Assembly: GCF_018350175.1 (NCBI RefSeq)
Contig: NC_058368.1
Location: 123,258,001 to 123,322,000, forward strand
Direction of reading: 5' to 3'
DNA: 64,000 nt
From: Felis catus
Lineage: Eukaryota
Shown: positions 49,735 to 61,974 of the stretch, one piece after another
Layout: every line of letters starts with the position of its first letter
Numbering within the stretch: the first letter of the stretch is position 1
Position numbers and translations under genes: made by a program
Notes under the pieces: model-generated
What the model was told of the DNA's origin: nothing
The model's input: the letters and a program-made list of their open reading frames with translations, nothing else
Database searches by the model: none

Positions 49735-52130
49735 TTGTGTATGTATTTGCAAATTTTTACTGGCTTTATTTGTAGAACTAAAATGCTGGACTAAAATATC
49801 AATAATCTTGACTCTTTAGTTGATTTAGTAACTATATGAGCTCATTTTCCAGACAAGTTAAAGGATTTGGTAGTCACTATTAGCAAAAAAACATATTCGG
49901 GTACTAAAGTGTCGTTTTATTCCAAATTTTAGAGGGCACAGTGTTTTGAAGAACCACAAGGGATCACCCAAGTGCCTAGAAGCAGTCTCTGGAAGCTGAA
50001 CTAAGGAAATAAATGGAGGTGCTTGTTAAATCCATCACCAATTTTAAAAACATCCCAAAATTCACTAAAATAGGATAAGAAATAACGGGCTCCAGAAATT
50101 GTATATTGTGATACAGTATACACTGTTAGTATTTGTAGTAGCAATATTCCAAATACCTGGAGCTTTACAAAGTGTTTTCAAAGGATTTGTCATCAGAGTT
50201 AGGGCAGGCTTGCAAGAAGAAGCTTATTTTCCACACTCCTAGCCCAGGGCTATTTCAAATATTCTATCCTGACTTTCTACAACTTTTACATGACCACCTT
50301 GGATTCTCATAGCAACTCTGGCAGTGAAGCGTAGAAACTGTTATTTTTTTTTCAAGTTTTTAATGAAGAAAATTGAGGCACAGATATTGAGTACTTTGTC
50401 TAAGATGGCACAACTAGTTAATGGCAAGCAGCAGAACAAGTCCTATAATGGGATCCTTTGGCTCCAGTTCAGGGATGGTTGGAAGCCACTACAATCTGAA
50501 AGTGTGAGGTGTGTCTATTTTCTAAGGAAGTGTGTTCATATGCCATTTGATTGATTTGCTTTTAATTGTTGAAACCTTTTATTCTTCCTAGTAATTCCAG
50601 GGGGCAGTGGAAGGGGAAAGTGACCTTGGGGAAGGAGGTGGGGTCTAGACACTCTCACGGTGTCTTCCCAACTGCCTCTCCGTATTTGCCCCCAACTGCC
50701 TCTTCCATATCTGCTTTCTAAAGGACAAAAGAGGGTGGATTGCAAGATCAGAGGGCCGACTGCCAGGGAAAGGTGTCTTAAGGAGGCGTCTCTCTCATGT
50801 AAGAGACTTTCTTTTTTCTTTACCTCACTGACCTGACAGTAGAGACACACATACCTCCGACTGAGATGTGCTGTCCTCAGCTTCCATACTGCCTGTGCCT
50901 GGCCCACGGTGGCATCTATCACACACTGTGCCATAATGATCTATGTCGTCTCTGCTTCCCTGATGCAGATGAGATGGTGAGCTGCTGAGAGTGTTTGTGA
51001 CTGATTCCTCTTTGTATCATCAGCACCCAGCACTGTGTCCTCCAAATTACTAGCTACCCATTGGCTGTTTGTGGAATAAATGAAAATATTAATGATGATT
51101 CGGGGGTTTACAGTTCTTTCTCGGCCCAAGCACACAGTTGCAAATGTGTACATCAACGACTTAAATGTAAAATGCAAAACAGCTTTTGAGAAGGAAGTGT
51201 CCTATGATTTATAATGCCCCAAAGATTTTCCAGCCTTTTTTCCATTTGGAGACCTACAGGGAAGATTACTCTCCTGGAGGTATTAAGAAAGGGTAGCGTT
51301 TTCTTTAAGAGTTGTGGGAGCAAGTGGGACTCAAGGTGAAACTATCTCCTATGCAACCATGCCCTAAGATCTCTGATAAATACCATACTGCCCAACATCA
51401 ACAGTACAAGTGCCTAATTTCAACAAAAATCTATATTTAATAGTCTCAGATGCCTTAAACCTGATATATGTGATATTTTTAAACTCAGTTGTGTGATTCT
51501 TTTGCTGAGCATTTCTCCATGCAAACCTTCAGAGAGGTTTGTCAATATACAATTGTTTACATAATATCTTGAACAAATGATTCATTTCACCTTGCCCCTA
51601 CATTCCGTTCATAAGGTACTTCAATAAAGTCTGTATATCTTGACTGTAAGTGTGGTCAAGGTTGCCTAGCGACAGGTGTTCTTTTTTTCTCTCAATGAGG
51701 ATGTGTTGGAAATCAGCCATAGCAGATTGTTGGCAATTTGGATCAGCAATGAGAAGGAATATGTCCAAGCACTGATTTCAGTGCCTCCTGGTTATGTGGC
51801 ATTGGTAAGCCACATAATTTTCCTGAGGATCACTATTCATATCCATAAACTGGGTAACATAACATTATTCAATGCATATCTCAGGGTTATTGTGAGACTT
51901 AACTAATCCACATAAGAATAGTTTAAATATTATGAATCCATTAATAAACATAAGATAGATGGAGGAAAGGATGGTCCCTGTGTTCATGTTTAGATGTTAC
52001 TTCATTTCAGGGGCGCCCAGGTGGCTCAGTCAGTTAGGTATCAGACTTTTGATCTCAGCTGAGGTCTTGATCTTAGGGTCATGAGTCCAAGCATGGTGTT
52101 GTGTTCTGAGCTGGGTGTGAAGCCTACTTA

Positions 52131-52177
<47 letters not shown>

Positions 52178-53067
52178 ATGTAACTTCATTCCACACAGCT
52201 GACATTTGGAAGAGCTCAGTTTGACCTATTACATATTGCCCATACCCTGTAATAAAATGAGTCAAATGTCATTTGCACAGCAAATACTAACTCAGTTGAC
52301 ACTGAATTGAAAAGAATCTTAAAACTCCAGGCTACTTCTGAGAGACCACTATAAGTAAGGAGACATATTAGTGGCATTGGTACCACCATTCCTTCCATAG
52401 AACTCATGACAAGATTTACTAATTAGTCATAGCATATGTTTTCATCAAGGCTGGATGCAACCTCAGAATCCTTCTAAATAGAGCAGCTTAGATAGCCATT
52501 GCTGTGTTTTTACAGTAGGCACAAAAGTTCAAATTCCACAAATAGACTCTGAGATAGAGGAAGTACTAATAAAGACATTAGAATGGTATTTTCAAGAGAC
52601 AATAAATGGATGTAGCAGCCATGGAGAAAACTAACAAGCCATCAGATAACATCTGGGAACTCTTTGCTTGCAAGGAGTTCCTTGCAATAGCATCCATATC
52701 TTTATAGAAATGCAGGAGTGCTATTAGAGTTAAATTAATACAGTAAAAGAGAGGAAAGAAGGGAGGGAAGGAGGAAGGAAGAAAAGAGGGAAGAAGGAAG
52801 AAAAGAAAAAGCAAGCAGCATGTAAAGCCCAAAAACGATTCTCATTTAGAATAATTTAGTGTTGGAGCAAAAAGTCCTACCTATAGCATTTGCCTCACTC
52901 CTTATATGATGAGTAAGCATCTGCTGTACACCATTAACTTTCTCCTGAATATAATAACTACAGAATGGGTTTCCTGTGTCTCAAAGGGAAAGTCTCAGTT
53001 ACATTTAATAAATTCTAGTTAAGCAGATAAGGAAAGCTATTTTCTATTTCAGGAAGCTTTATATCAT

Positions 53068-53103
<36 letters not shown>

Positions 53104-54492
53104 GTTTACCCAAAGTTTCTGTTCTAAGAGACAGTCCCTTAGACAGAATGCATTAATGTCAATGTCACTGTGCTTGTGTTGGTAGATTGACTGTGGTGAG
53201 TTCCGGGATCCCAAGGTCTATTGCACACGGGAATCTAATCCCCACTGTGGTTCTGATGGCCAGACATACGGCAATCAATGTGCCTTCTGTAAGGCGGTGG
53301 TGTAAGTATTCATCAAAATCAGAAACATGAGAAGCTTGGAGAAAACTTATCATCAATAAAAATATTCTTTTATCCAAATTATTTTCAGACATTTCATTTT
53401 ATACCAAATTATATGTTACTAAGGTACCAATTTCCATCCATTCTTCTCTTTTATTTTAATGGAAAGAGCCTTTCAGGAAAGAATAGAGTAAAAGATTATC
53501 CTTTATTATTCAGACTATTCAAACTTTACAGTTAGTATACTAGGAAGATTCTACCAAGGACCAATATTTATTGAATTTCCACATTTATAAGGAACAGAAC
53601 AGATGCTGTAGATTTTAGCTAATAAACTGTGACCGTCCCAGTAGATCAGTTTATAATTAATAAAAATTTATCCAACCAATCAGTCCATCTTTTAGTCTGA
53701 TTGATTACTCTATAACCAAGGGAATTATAACCTTTGTTTAAGCCAGATAAAAGTTGTCTCACTTCCTCACCACTGTCTTCATTTCCTTGTATTAGAGCTT
53801 CTTCTGTGAATGTCTTAATTACCCTCAACTTTGCTGTAAAATTCCTAAGCACGGGTATTATATAACTCCCTATTAATAATAAGAAAGCCAAGCATACAGA
53901 GTGAAATTAATAAATAGTGAATCAACACATAACAAATATGTGCCTCTTGCTTATGTAACATATCTGACTAACACCAAACTTTTCCCAGAAGAAAAGCAGT
54001 AGGGTAAGATGAGATTTGATTTAATGGATGCCTACTACTGAGAAGAACTGAATATATGATCTGCTATAAAATGCCAAATTCCTGAACACTTGGTTCAACT
54101 CCTTACAGCTTCTATCAGAACTATGACACTAGAATCTTTGCCATTATCTCTCCTGTCACTTTTGCCTTTTCCGGCTGTGTACATACTTACTCTGAGACAA
54201 TGAACACTTGAAACCAAAAGGTCTAAGCCTGGGCAAAACTCTGAAATTTGTTTACATTTCGTGCTGTTTGTAATTTGTCCAGATGTCCTCTCTGAGTACA
54301 TTTAATTGACCTCTGCCTTGTCGTAAATGTGGAGAAATGTAGAATCACATGACTACATGAACTATGGAAAGCAAACCTTTTTCCAACCTTTGTGAGGAAT
54401 ACTGATGATACTGCACTGACCATGCATTCATCTTTCTCTTTTGTAGGAAAAGTGGTGGGAAGATCAACCTAAAGCATCAAGGAAAATGCTGA
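42066..54492 (+). CDS. SPINK6: Serine peptidase inhibitor Kazal type 6. Join 42066-42123, 45148-45170, 53186-53301, 54447-54492; 80 aa.
   Basis: [80 protein letters not shown]. Near-identical to the human SPINK6 core [23 protein letters not shown], with Kozak CACCATG, canonical splice sites and P1 Arg. Confidence 0.96.
45148..45170 (+). CDS. SPINK6: SPINK6 coding exon 2
   Basis: ttttttcag|GT GTC TTC AGT CAA GAA GGA AAG|gtcagt. Confidence 0.92.
47355..47576 (-). mobile_element. SINEC in SPINK6 intron 2
   Basis: Full-length; TSD aag(a/c)atagttttttt. Confidence 0.92.
47805..48025 (-). mobile_element. SINEC in SPINK6 intron 2
   Basis: Full-length reverse-complement SINE. Confidence 0.9.
48395..48605 (-). 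mobile_element. SINEC in SPINK6 intron 2
   Basis: Full-length reverse-complement SINE. Confidence 0.9.
49696..49733. repeat. (GT)n microsatellite
   Basis: About 19 perfect units. Confidence 0.95.
52010..52178 (+). mobile_element. Short SINEC with (TAAA)n tail
   Basis: ggggcgcccaggtggctcagtc...(TAAA)~12; TSD-like atgt(t/a)acttcatt. Confidence 0.85.
53070..53101. repeat. (GT)n microsatellite
   Basis: About 16 units, 85 nt upstream of SPINK6 exon 3. Confidence 0.95.
53186..53301 (+). CDS. SPINK6: SPINK6 coding exon 3
   Basis: ggtag|ATT GAC TGT GGT...GCG GTG GT|gtaagt. Confidence 0.95.
54447..54492 (+). CDS. SPINK6: SPINK6 last coding exon
   Basis: ttttgtag|G AAA AGT GGT...AAA TGC TGA. Confidence 0.95.
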
Positions 54493-54641
54493 AGTTTTGT
54501 GCAGTGTCTGTGCTGACTTCCAGCTGCTGCTTTTCTCACTTCTGTTTTTCTCTAATGGATCCTTTAAATTTATAAGACACACCTACTCTGCCTGGCTCTT
54601 GGGTAGCTCAATACATATCTATTTCCCTGGATTTGCTTGTC

Positions 54642-54647
54642 AATAAA
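54642..54647 (+). terminator. SPINK6 polyadenylation signal
   Basis: AATAAA about 150 nt after the stop codon. Confidence 0.7.
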
Positions 54648-57411
54648 GTAAATTCTGTGGGAGCATTTCTTGTGTTTTTACTCTGAGATCAAGAAGACAT
54701 TCAGATAATTACATGGCTTATTGACTGGCATAAACTTGGATAAAAAGACCTGGTTTTTTTTTGGATCTAAATCAACCAAGCAGTCACTGTGGGATCTTGG
54801 GAAAATCTCTTCCCCTCTCTTATTCTTACAGTTGCCATGTGGATGGTAAAGTATTTTTAACAATGTGATACTACATTAGGCTTACAGTTATTTTACAGTA
54901 TCTATTATTTAAGCTGTAGAATACATAATATCATTTCTTCTTAATTTCAGGAAAAATATTTTATATAAAAATAAAACGTTCAGCTTCTCTAGACCCCAGC
55001 TGTCTCATCTTTATGGAGTGGTGGACTTATGCAGATAGATGTTACCCTTTATTTATACAATTTAATAGGACCTAACTAAACTGGGGGATGCATCTAATAT
55101 TTAGATAAAGAGCCTGGGAGTGGATTAAGTTATGCTAGGGAAGATAGACACCTTCTACTTCTTCAAGTGTGGTATTTGTGCTCTTCCGTGCTTACAGACT
55201 ATTCCTTTTGCTGGAGAAAAATGATCATATAATATATAATTAGGGTAATAAAAGGGTGGACCATTGAGTCACACAGACCAGAATGTGAGTCATGACTCTC
55301 ACATAAGCTATTTGTTTTTGAACAAGTCATTCGATTTCTTCGATTTATGATGTATTCACCTGTAAAATGGAGACACTAGTATCTATGTCCTAAATTTATC
55401 ATGAAGATTAAGAAAATGAAGCATGTAAGCAGTTAAATGATCTCTGATGTGTAACAAGAGGTCAAAAATCAGTAGATTTTGCTATTATGTTCTGTTTTCA
55501 ATTTCAGCATTATACTTCTTCACTGCCCAGGATATTTTTGTTCTTTTTCTCAGTATTTACAGTTTTTTTCTACCTTCTGTTCCTTTAACATTTTTGAAAA
55601 TTCTCATCACGTGAGTTTTTTTCTCTGTCCTTTTTTTTATCTGTATTCTAAGTGCCCTGCTTCTTGGGGAAATTCAGTTCTTTTCTCCTGTTTAGTTCTT
55701 ACTCCCTGAAGTAATGTATTATTTCTAACGGAGGCATGAAGACACTATGTGTAGTTGGGAAACTGAGTCATTGTACATCTTTAAACGTATCCCTCCCAAT
55801 GTGGTCCACTCTTCCTCTCTCCCTGTTGGAGCAGTCCCCTTCCCTCAGGCCAGATTCCTGTCAGCTGTCCACACAAAATGTGTATTTCCACCACACTATT
55901 CTGTCTGACCTGGAATGCCTCTTGGACCACCTTGTGCCACTCTGTCTACCCTTTCTTCCTCAATCACATCCTTTACTTACATCTTAAGACTACCATTTAC
56001 TTCAAGGTTTATTTCAGGTGCCATAACTGAGTAAATAATTAAATTACTATCTCTTGTATAGTTATGAACTATTCTTTGGGGATGAAAAGGAAGCAAATAA
56101 AAAATAAACCACAGAAAGCCAGAAATCTGGTATTTCTTAGAAAGAAGAAGCAAGTCACATATAAAATAATTAATGGTCAAAATACAGGAGTTTGGGTTCA
56201 GAGATGTATACGCTTTTCAAACTGAGGTTTGACAGTGAATCCGCACTTAAAATTTATCCATATCATAGTTTGCAAAGCTTACATAAAAAGAAAAGAATGT
56301 AAGCATGTAGTGTACTATTTTTTTTTACAAGTCGTGTAGTCTTAACTGATATGCATAGTGAAGTTGTTAAGAGGGAAGGGTACCGATCCCTGCAATTCAT
56401 TTTGAATTGTGTCAAAGATGGATTAATGGACAGATATCCAACAAAACTAGCAAAGGAAAATAGTAATGGTAAAATCTAGCCGGTGGGTTTAAAGGGGTTC
56501 ACTAAAAATTTATTTTAATATTGCTGTACGTTTAAAATTTTTTGTTAAAAATGTTTTTGAATATTTTTTTAATATGAGGTTCTTCTAACAGATGCAAATA
56601 TTCATAATGCTGTCTACTTTCCTCATCACTGTGATAGCCAGGACAAAACATACTGTTCCAGGTATGGTTTGTTCTCTTCAAAGCATAAAAAAATAATTTA
56701 TTTGATCTGAATACTCACATCTATCATTATACCTTCAAATGACCATGGGAACTTTGTCAAAACTGCATCATACCAATAACCACTAGCTATCCTCAGGCAT
56801 TTTTCTTTCCACGCCAGATGTTGCCAAGTCACGTCTTTCTCATATATTTGCCTCTTACTGTTTTTTTTTTTAACCTAAATTCATTGCAGAAACAATGTGG
56901 TATGTCAATGATTAGACTTGAGTGGGGACACCTTGTCTGGAGGCTTGTCTGTGCTTATGGAAAGTTTTCCTGAAGTAGGTTACATAAACATATGCACCAC
57001 AGACACACGCTCTAAAATCGAAAGGGGAAAAACAGGGGGAAAAAGGCTAGAGAAAATAGTGACTAAGATAAAAGACTGAAATAATTCACCACTAACAAAT
57101 CAGGTTAACCAATCTATTACTGATTTTTCATGTTCACAGTGGTAAGGACCCAAACATTATCACATTTAAATTTAGCTATAGTTGTGAAGATGCAGCCACA
57201 TTTTATGGAAGAGGAGGCTAAGATAGAGAGATATAAAGGATTTGTCCATGATCTCATAACCAGGGAGTTGCAGAGCCTTGAGATGGTCACGTCAATCCCA
57301 TACTCCTAAACTACTTTTCACACAATCCTAGTAATTTGAGTCACTTGGATATAAGTGTTGAATCGAAGGATTAGTCCTGTATATTTAAAGACATCAGAAT
57401 TAGAAGTATTC

Positions 57412-57630
57412 AGGGAGCCTGGGTGACTCAATCAGTTGAGCATCTGACTCTTGACTTTGGCTCAGGTCATGATTCCAAGGTTGTGGGATTAAGCCCCACA
57501 TGGGGCTCCATGCTGAGCATGTAGCCTGCCTAAGATTCTCTCTCCCTTTGCTGCTCACCTACTCACACTCTCACTCTTACACTCTCTCTCTCTCTAAAAT
57601 TAAAAGAAAATTAATAAATAAATTAAGCAA
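57412..57630 (+). mobile_element. SINEC
   Basis: Head, body and A-rich tail. Confidence 0.85.
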
Positions 57631-58044
57631 AAGCTTAAAAGAATATGTAAAGAGGGTGACAGTATTTACCATAATTCCCAGTGTACAAACAATGATGTCA
57701 GTTTTGTGTTGGGGCTACAGCCATAGCCTGACAAGGCCTGTTTCAAAGGGATTACTAACTCCAAACTAGGCATTTTGTGAAATGTTCTTGGTCTTTCTTC
57801 AACTTTCTTCTTTTCTTCCCCAGAGTTGGTATCTGTGACTTTACAGAATTTTGGTGCATTTCAATTCTGTAGTTTGACCTAAGGGAAAATAAACAGAGCA
57901 TATTTCTCCTCCTTTCATGTGAGAAGATTTAGTCCTAACCTAATAAGAGAAGGGTATTCTTGCATGGCTCCCTTTATCTTACTGTTTAGAGTAAGATATT
58001 GTTACTATTTAGATGTGATAAGGCATATACACTAAAAGAATACA

Positions 58045-58668
58045 CATCATAAAGCACAGTTCCATACATTTTGGCATACTGTGTCTCCATTTTCATTTGT
58101 CTCAAGTGTTTTGTTATGTTTTGTTTTGTTAATTTCCTTATTGATTTCTCCTTTGATCCATAGTAGGTTTTTTTGTGGAAATGTATTATTTAATTTCCAC
58201 ATATTCGTGAGTTTTCCAGTTTTCTTCCTGTTATTGATTTCCAGTTCCATGGCTTTGTAATCAGAAAAGATATTTATATGACATCAATTTTCTTCAATTT
58301 GTTAAGGCTTGTTTTGAGACCTAACAAATGATCTGTCCTAGAGAACGTGCTGTATGCACTTGAGAAGAAGGTGTATTCTGGTGCTTTTGGATGCACTGTT
58401 CTGTTTCACTTCATCCATCTGGTCTAAAATGTAGTTCAAATTCAATATTTCCTTATTAATGTTATGTACAGATGATTTATCCACTGTTGAAGTGGGATAT
58501 TGAAGTCCCTTAGTATTATTGCATTGTTATTTATTTCTCCTTTCTGTTAATATTTGCTTTATATATTTAGATGCTCCAATGTCAGGTGCATGTATGTTCA
58601 CAATTGTTATATCCTCTCAATGAACTGATCTTTTTATCATTATATAATGACCTTCTTTTGTCTCTTGT
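58045..58668 (-). mobile_element. L1 ORF2 fragment (inverted)
   Basis: ORF 58047-58250(-), MELEINNRKKTGKLTNMWKLNN, is the L1 ORF2 post-endonuclease region. Confidence 0.85.
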
Positions 58669-59702
58669 TAAAGTTTTGATGAACGAAATTGAATAAGACA
58701 TGAATAAAAGGAAAGATATCTTGTATTCATATACTAGAAGAATTAATATTGTTAAAATATCCATACTACCTAAACTGTTCTACAGATTCGATGCAATTTC
58801 TACCAAAATTCCAATGGTATTCTTCACAGAAATAGAAAAAAACAACCCTGAACCTTATATGGAACCACAAAAGGCCCTGAATAGCTAAACCATTTGTGAG
58901 AAGGAAGAGCAAAGCTGGAGGCATCACACTGATCTCAAGTCATATTATAAAGCTGCAGTAATCAAAGCAGCATGATACTGGCTTAAAAATGGAAACAGGT
59001 ACCAATGGAACAGAATAGAGAGCCCAGAAATAAATTCAGACATATATGGTCAACTAATCTTCAACAAAAATGCCAAGAATACAAAGTAGGAGAGATAGTC
59101 TTTTCAGTAAATGGCAGTGGCAAAATTAGATATCCACGTGCAAAAGAATGAAATTGGACCTTTATCTTACACCATTTATGAAAACCAACTTGAAATGGAT
59201 CAAAGAGTTAAACATAAGATCTGAAGCTGTAAACCTCCTAGAAGAAAACAAAGGGAAAAATCTCATGCCATTGGCCTTGACAGTGACTTTCTAGATATGG
59301 CATCAAAAGCACAAGCAACAGATGCAAAACTAAACAAGCAGGACTACCTCACACTAAGAATCTTCTGCACAACAAAGGAAATGATCACCTAAATGGGAGA
59401 AAATATTTGGAAACCATGTAACTGATAAGGGCTTGGTATCCAAAATACATAAGGAACTCATAGAACTAAAAATTTTCAAAACTTAAATCTGATTAAAGAA
59501 TGAGTAGAGGAACTGAATAGACATTTTTCCAAAGAAGACCTATACATGGCTAACAGACTCAAGAAAAGATGCTGAATATTACTAATCATTAGGAAAACGC
59601 AAATTGAAACTACAGTGAGATATTACCTCACACCTATTAGGATGGCTATTATCAAAAGTTCAAAAGGTAACAAGTTTGGGAGAGGATGTGGAGTAAAAAC
59701 AT

Positions 59703-59812
59703 GGGGAGCCTGGCTGACTCAGTCGGTAGAGCTTGTGACTCTTGATCTCTGGGTCGTGAGTTCAAGGCCCATGTTGGGCATGGAGTCTATTTAAAATTTA
59801 AAAAAAAAATTA
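59703..59812 (+). mobile_element. Short SINEC inside the L1
   Basis: ggggagcctggctgactcagtcggtagagc...A tail. Confidence 0.85.
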
Positions 59813-60105
59813 AAGTTAGTTGAGGATGTGGAGAAAAAGAACCTTAATACATTGTTGGTGAGATTGTAAATCAGTGCAGCCATTATGGAAAATAGTATGA
59901 AATGTTCTCAAAAAATTAAAAATAAAACTACTATGTGGTTCAGCAATCCCACTTCTAGGTATGTATCTAAAGGAATTACGCTCCTGATCTCAAAGAGCTA
60001 TCTGTTCTCCCATGTTTATTGCAGCATTATTCACAATAGCCAAGATATGGAAACAACCTAAGTGGCTATTGACAGATGAATAGTTAAAGAAAATTTTGTG
60101 TATAT

Positions 60106-60460
60106 TATTAAAGGATAAACTGATGCACCCTAAAATTTACACATTATTTTGGCAAACATCAATTCAAATCAGGCAGCATGAAACTTAAAGTAGTTAGGAG
60201 CACGGACAGAAGCTATAGGAAAGGCTTTTACACAGAAGATGTGGAAGCAAAACAAAGCAATTATTTGTTTGGCTCTACCTGAAGCAATTGCTTTATTTGG
60301 AAAAGTCTAGTTGGCTGTTTGTGATTAGTTTCTCTTACATTCCATTTCCTCAGATTCAAGTGCATGGACTTTGGCTTAGCTTGGGTTTGCTTACTACATA
60401 GGCTACCAAGACATTAGAGCCACTTCAATCCAACACCTTCCTAGTTTAATTACTTCAACA
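60106..60460. mobile_element. Solo LTR-like insertion inside the L1
   Basis: About 350 bp that interrupts the L1 text and ends ...ttcaaca; family not determined. Confidence 0.5.
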
Positions 60461-61974
60461 GTATACACAAATGAATGTTAGTCCCAAAAAAGGGAGAATA
60501 TCTTGCCATTTGTAATAACAAGAATGAACCCAGAGAACAGTATACTAAATGTAATAGGGAGACACAGAAAAACAAGTGCTGCATAATGTCACATATATGT
60601 AGAATCTAAAAAAGTCAAAGTCATAGAGCCAGAAAAAAGAATGTTGTCTGCCAGGAATGGGGAGGGGGATGCAGAATGGGAGGATGTTGGTCGAAGGGTA
60701 AAAATTTTTAATGATAAGATGAATAAGTGAGAAAGTTCTGGAGATCTATTGCACGGTATGGTGACTCAAGTTAGTAACATAGAATTGAAAATTATGTAAG
60801 ATCATCAGCTGAGAAAAGGGAGCAGTAGCAGGGGAGAAAACCACCCAATTCTCACATTAGAACAACAATGGCAGTTACCTGAATTGTTTTATTTTTCACA
60901 CGAAGAGTTTGACTTCATAATTACAGTCCTCAAGTTCTCATTACACAGAAAACTGTTTGTTCACCTAATAAAATCTAATCTATTTTGAGGTAACAATTTT
61001 GTTAGATGTGCAGTACTTTGAAAACAGTTTTATAGACTTAGAGCAGACATCATTAAATACTTTCTTACTGAGAATTTCAAGAGACACTGAGCCCCTCCTA
61101 CAGGTGTCATAACTAATTATAGGTTAATTTCTGGGACTTACTGAAAACCTTCATACTCTTTTATGCAAGTGAAACCGGCACAATCTCAAGAACACATCAA
61201 CGCCTATGACTTCATTACCACTTTCTTACGGACACTAAACTTTTTGTTTCTCAAATCCTAAACCTGGGAAGAGATGTGCTTCTTGCTAATACGCTCTTCA
61301 CATGGGTCGTTTGAAGGAAACTGTTGTACCATGCTACCTAGAAAGACATTGCTGTAGAAACACACCGAGAGGAAACTTCTGTTGAGTAGAAGTGTGCAGG
61401 CTAGCAGGTTAACACAAAAAGATAACAAAGGAGAATATCACTCTTTTTCATAGATTTCCTTCTTTGCTTTGCCAGTGAAAATGTCATCTCCTAAATGGGA
61501 ACCCTGGCAACCTTTGTGCTCCTCACCAGCTGTCTCTGTACTAGAAATCTTTGCTCTTGGTACACCTATCAATGGTCTATTTTCTCCAGGGGTACTGAAT
61601 CCTTGGAAGAAACTGGATTTGGAGTTACACAGATGTCTTCGGTTTGTGTTCTACTAGCAATTGTGGGTTAAATCCTAACTTTCTAAGCCTCAATACTGTC
61701 ACATGTATGATGACGGTAAGACTTGACAGATTCAGGAAAAATGAATAAATATAATGTGTATAAAGTCTCCATGCAAACTGTAAAGTGAGGCATCATGTAC
61801 CTATAAGGAAATATGTTTTTAATAATGATAATAGTGTCAAAGGAAAATACCATCCAGTCCTGGGGACACAGCCCTGAAATGCACTCAGTAGGCTTACTGA
61901 GAATGAACTGGAGCTTCTTGCTATTTGTCAGTTTTGTCTTTAGTTTCTGGTATATTTACCTTCTTCTTTTTCAA

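Larger units (their letters stand above)
58670..60780 (+). mobile_element. L1 ORF2 3' half and 3'UTR, interrupted by a SINE and an LTR
   Basis: ORF 58700-58888 ([21 protein letters not shown]) and subsequent L1 motifs. Confidence 0.88.

Noticed and set aside
514..57769. Many ORFs such as [16 protein letters not shown]..., and tRNA-like heads as tRNA genes
   Set aside because: They are translations or heads of tRNA-derived SINEC elements, not genes.
61495..61671. Signal-peptide-like 58-aa ORF MGTLATFVLLTSCLC... as exon 1 of another SPINK
   Set aside because: No good phase-1 donor and no downstream Kazal exon within the window; cannot be supported.
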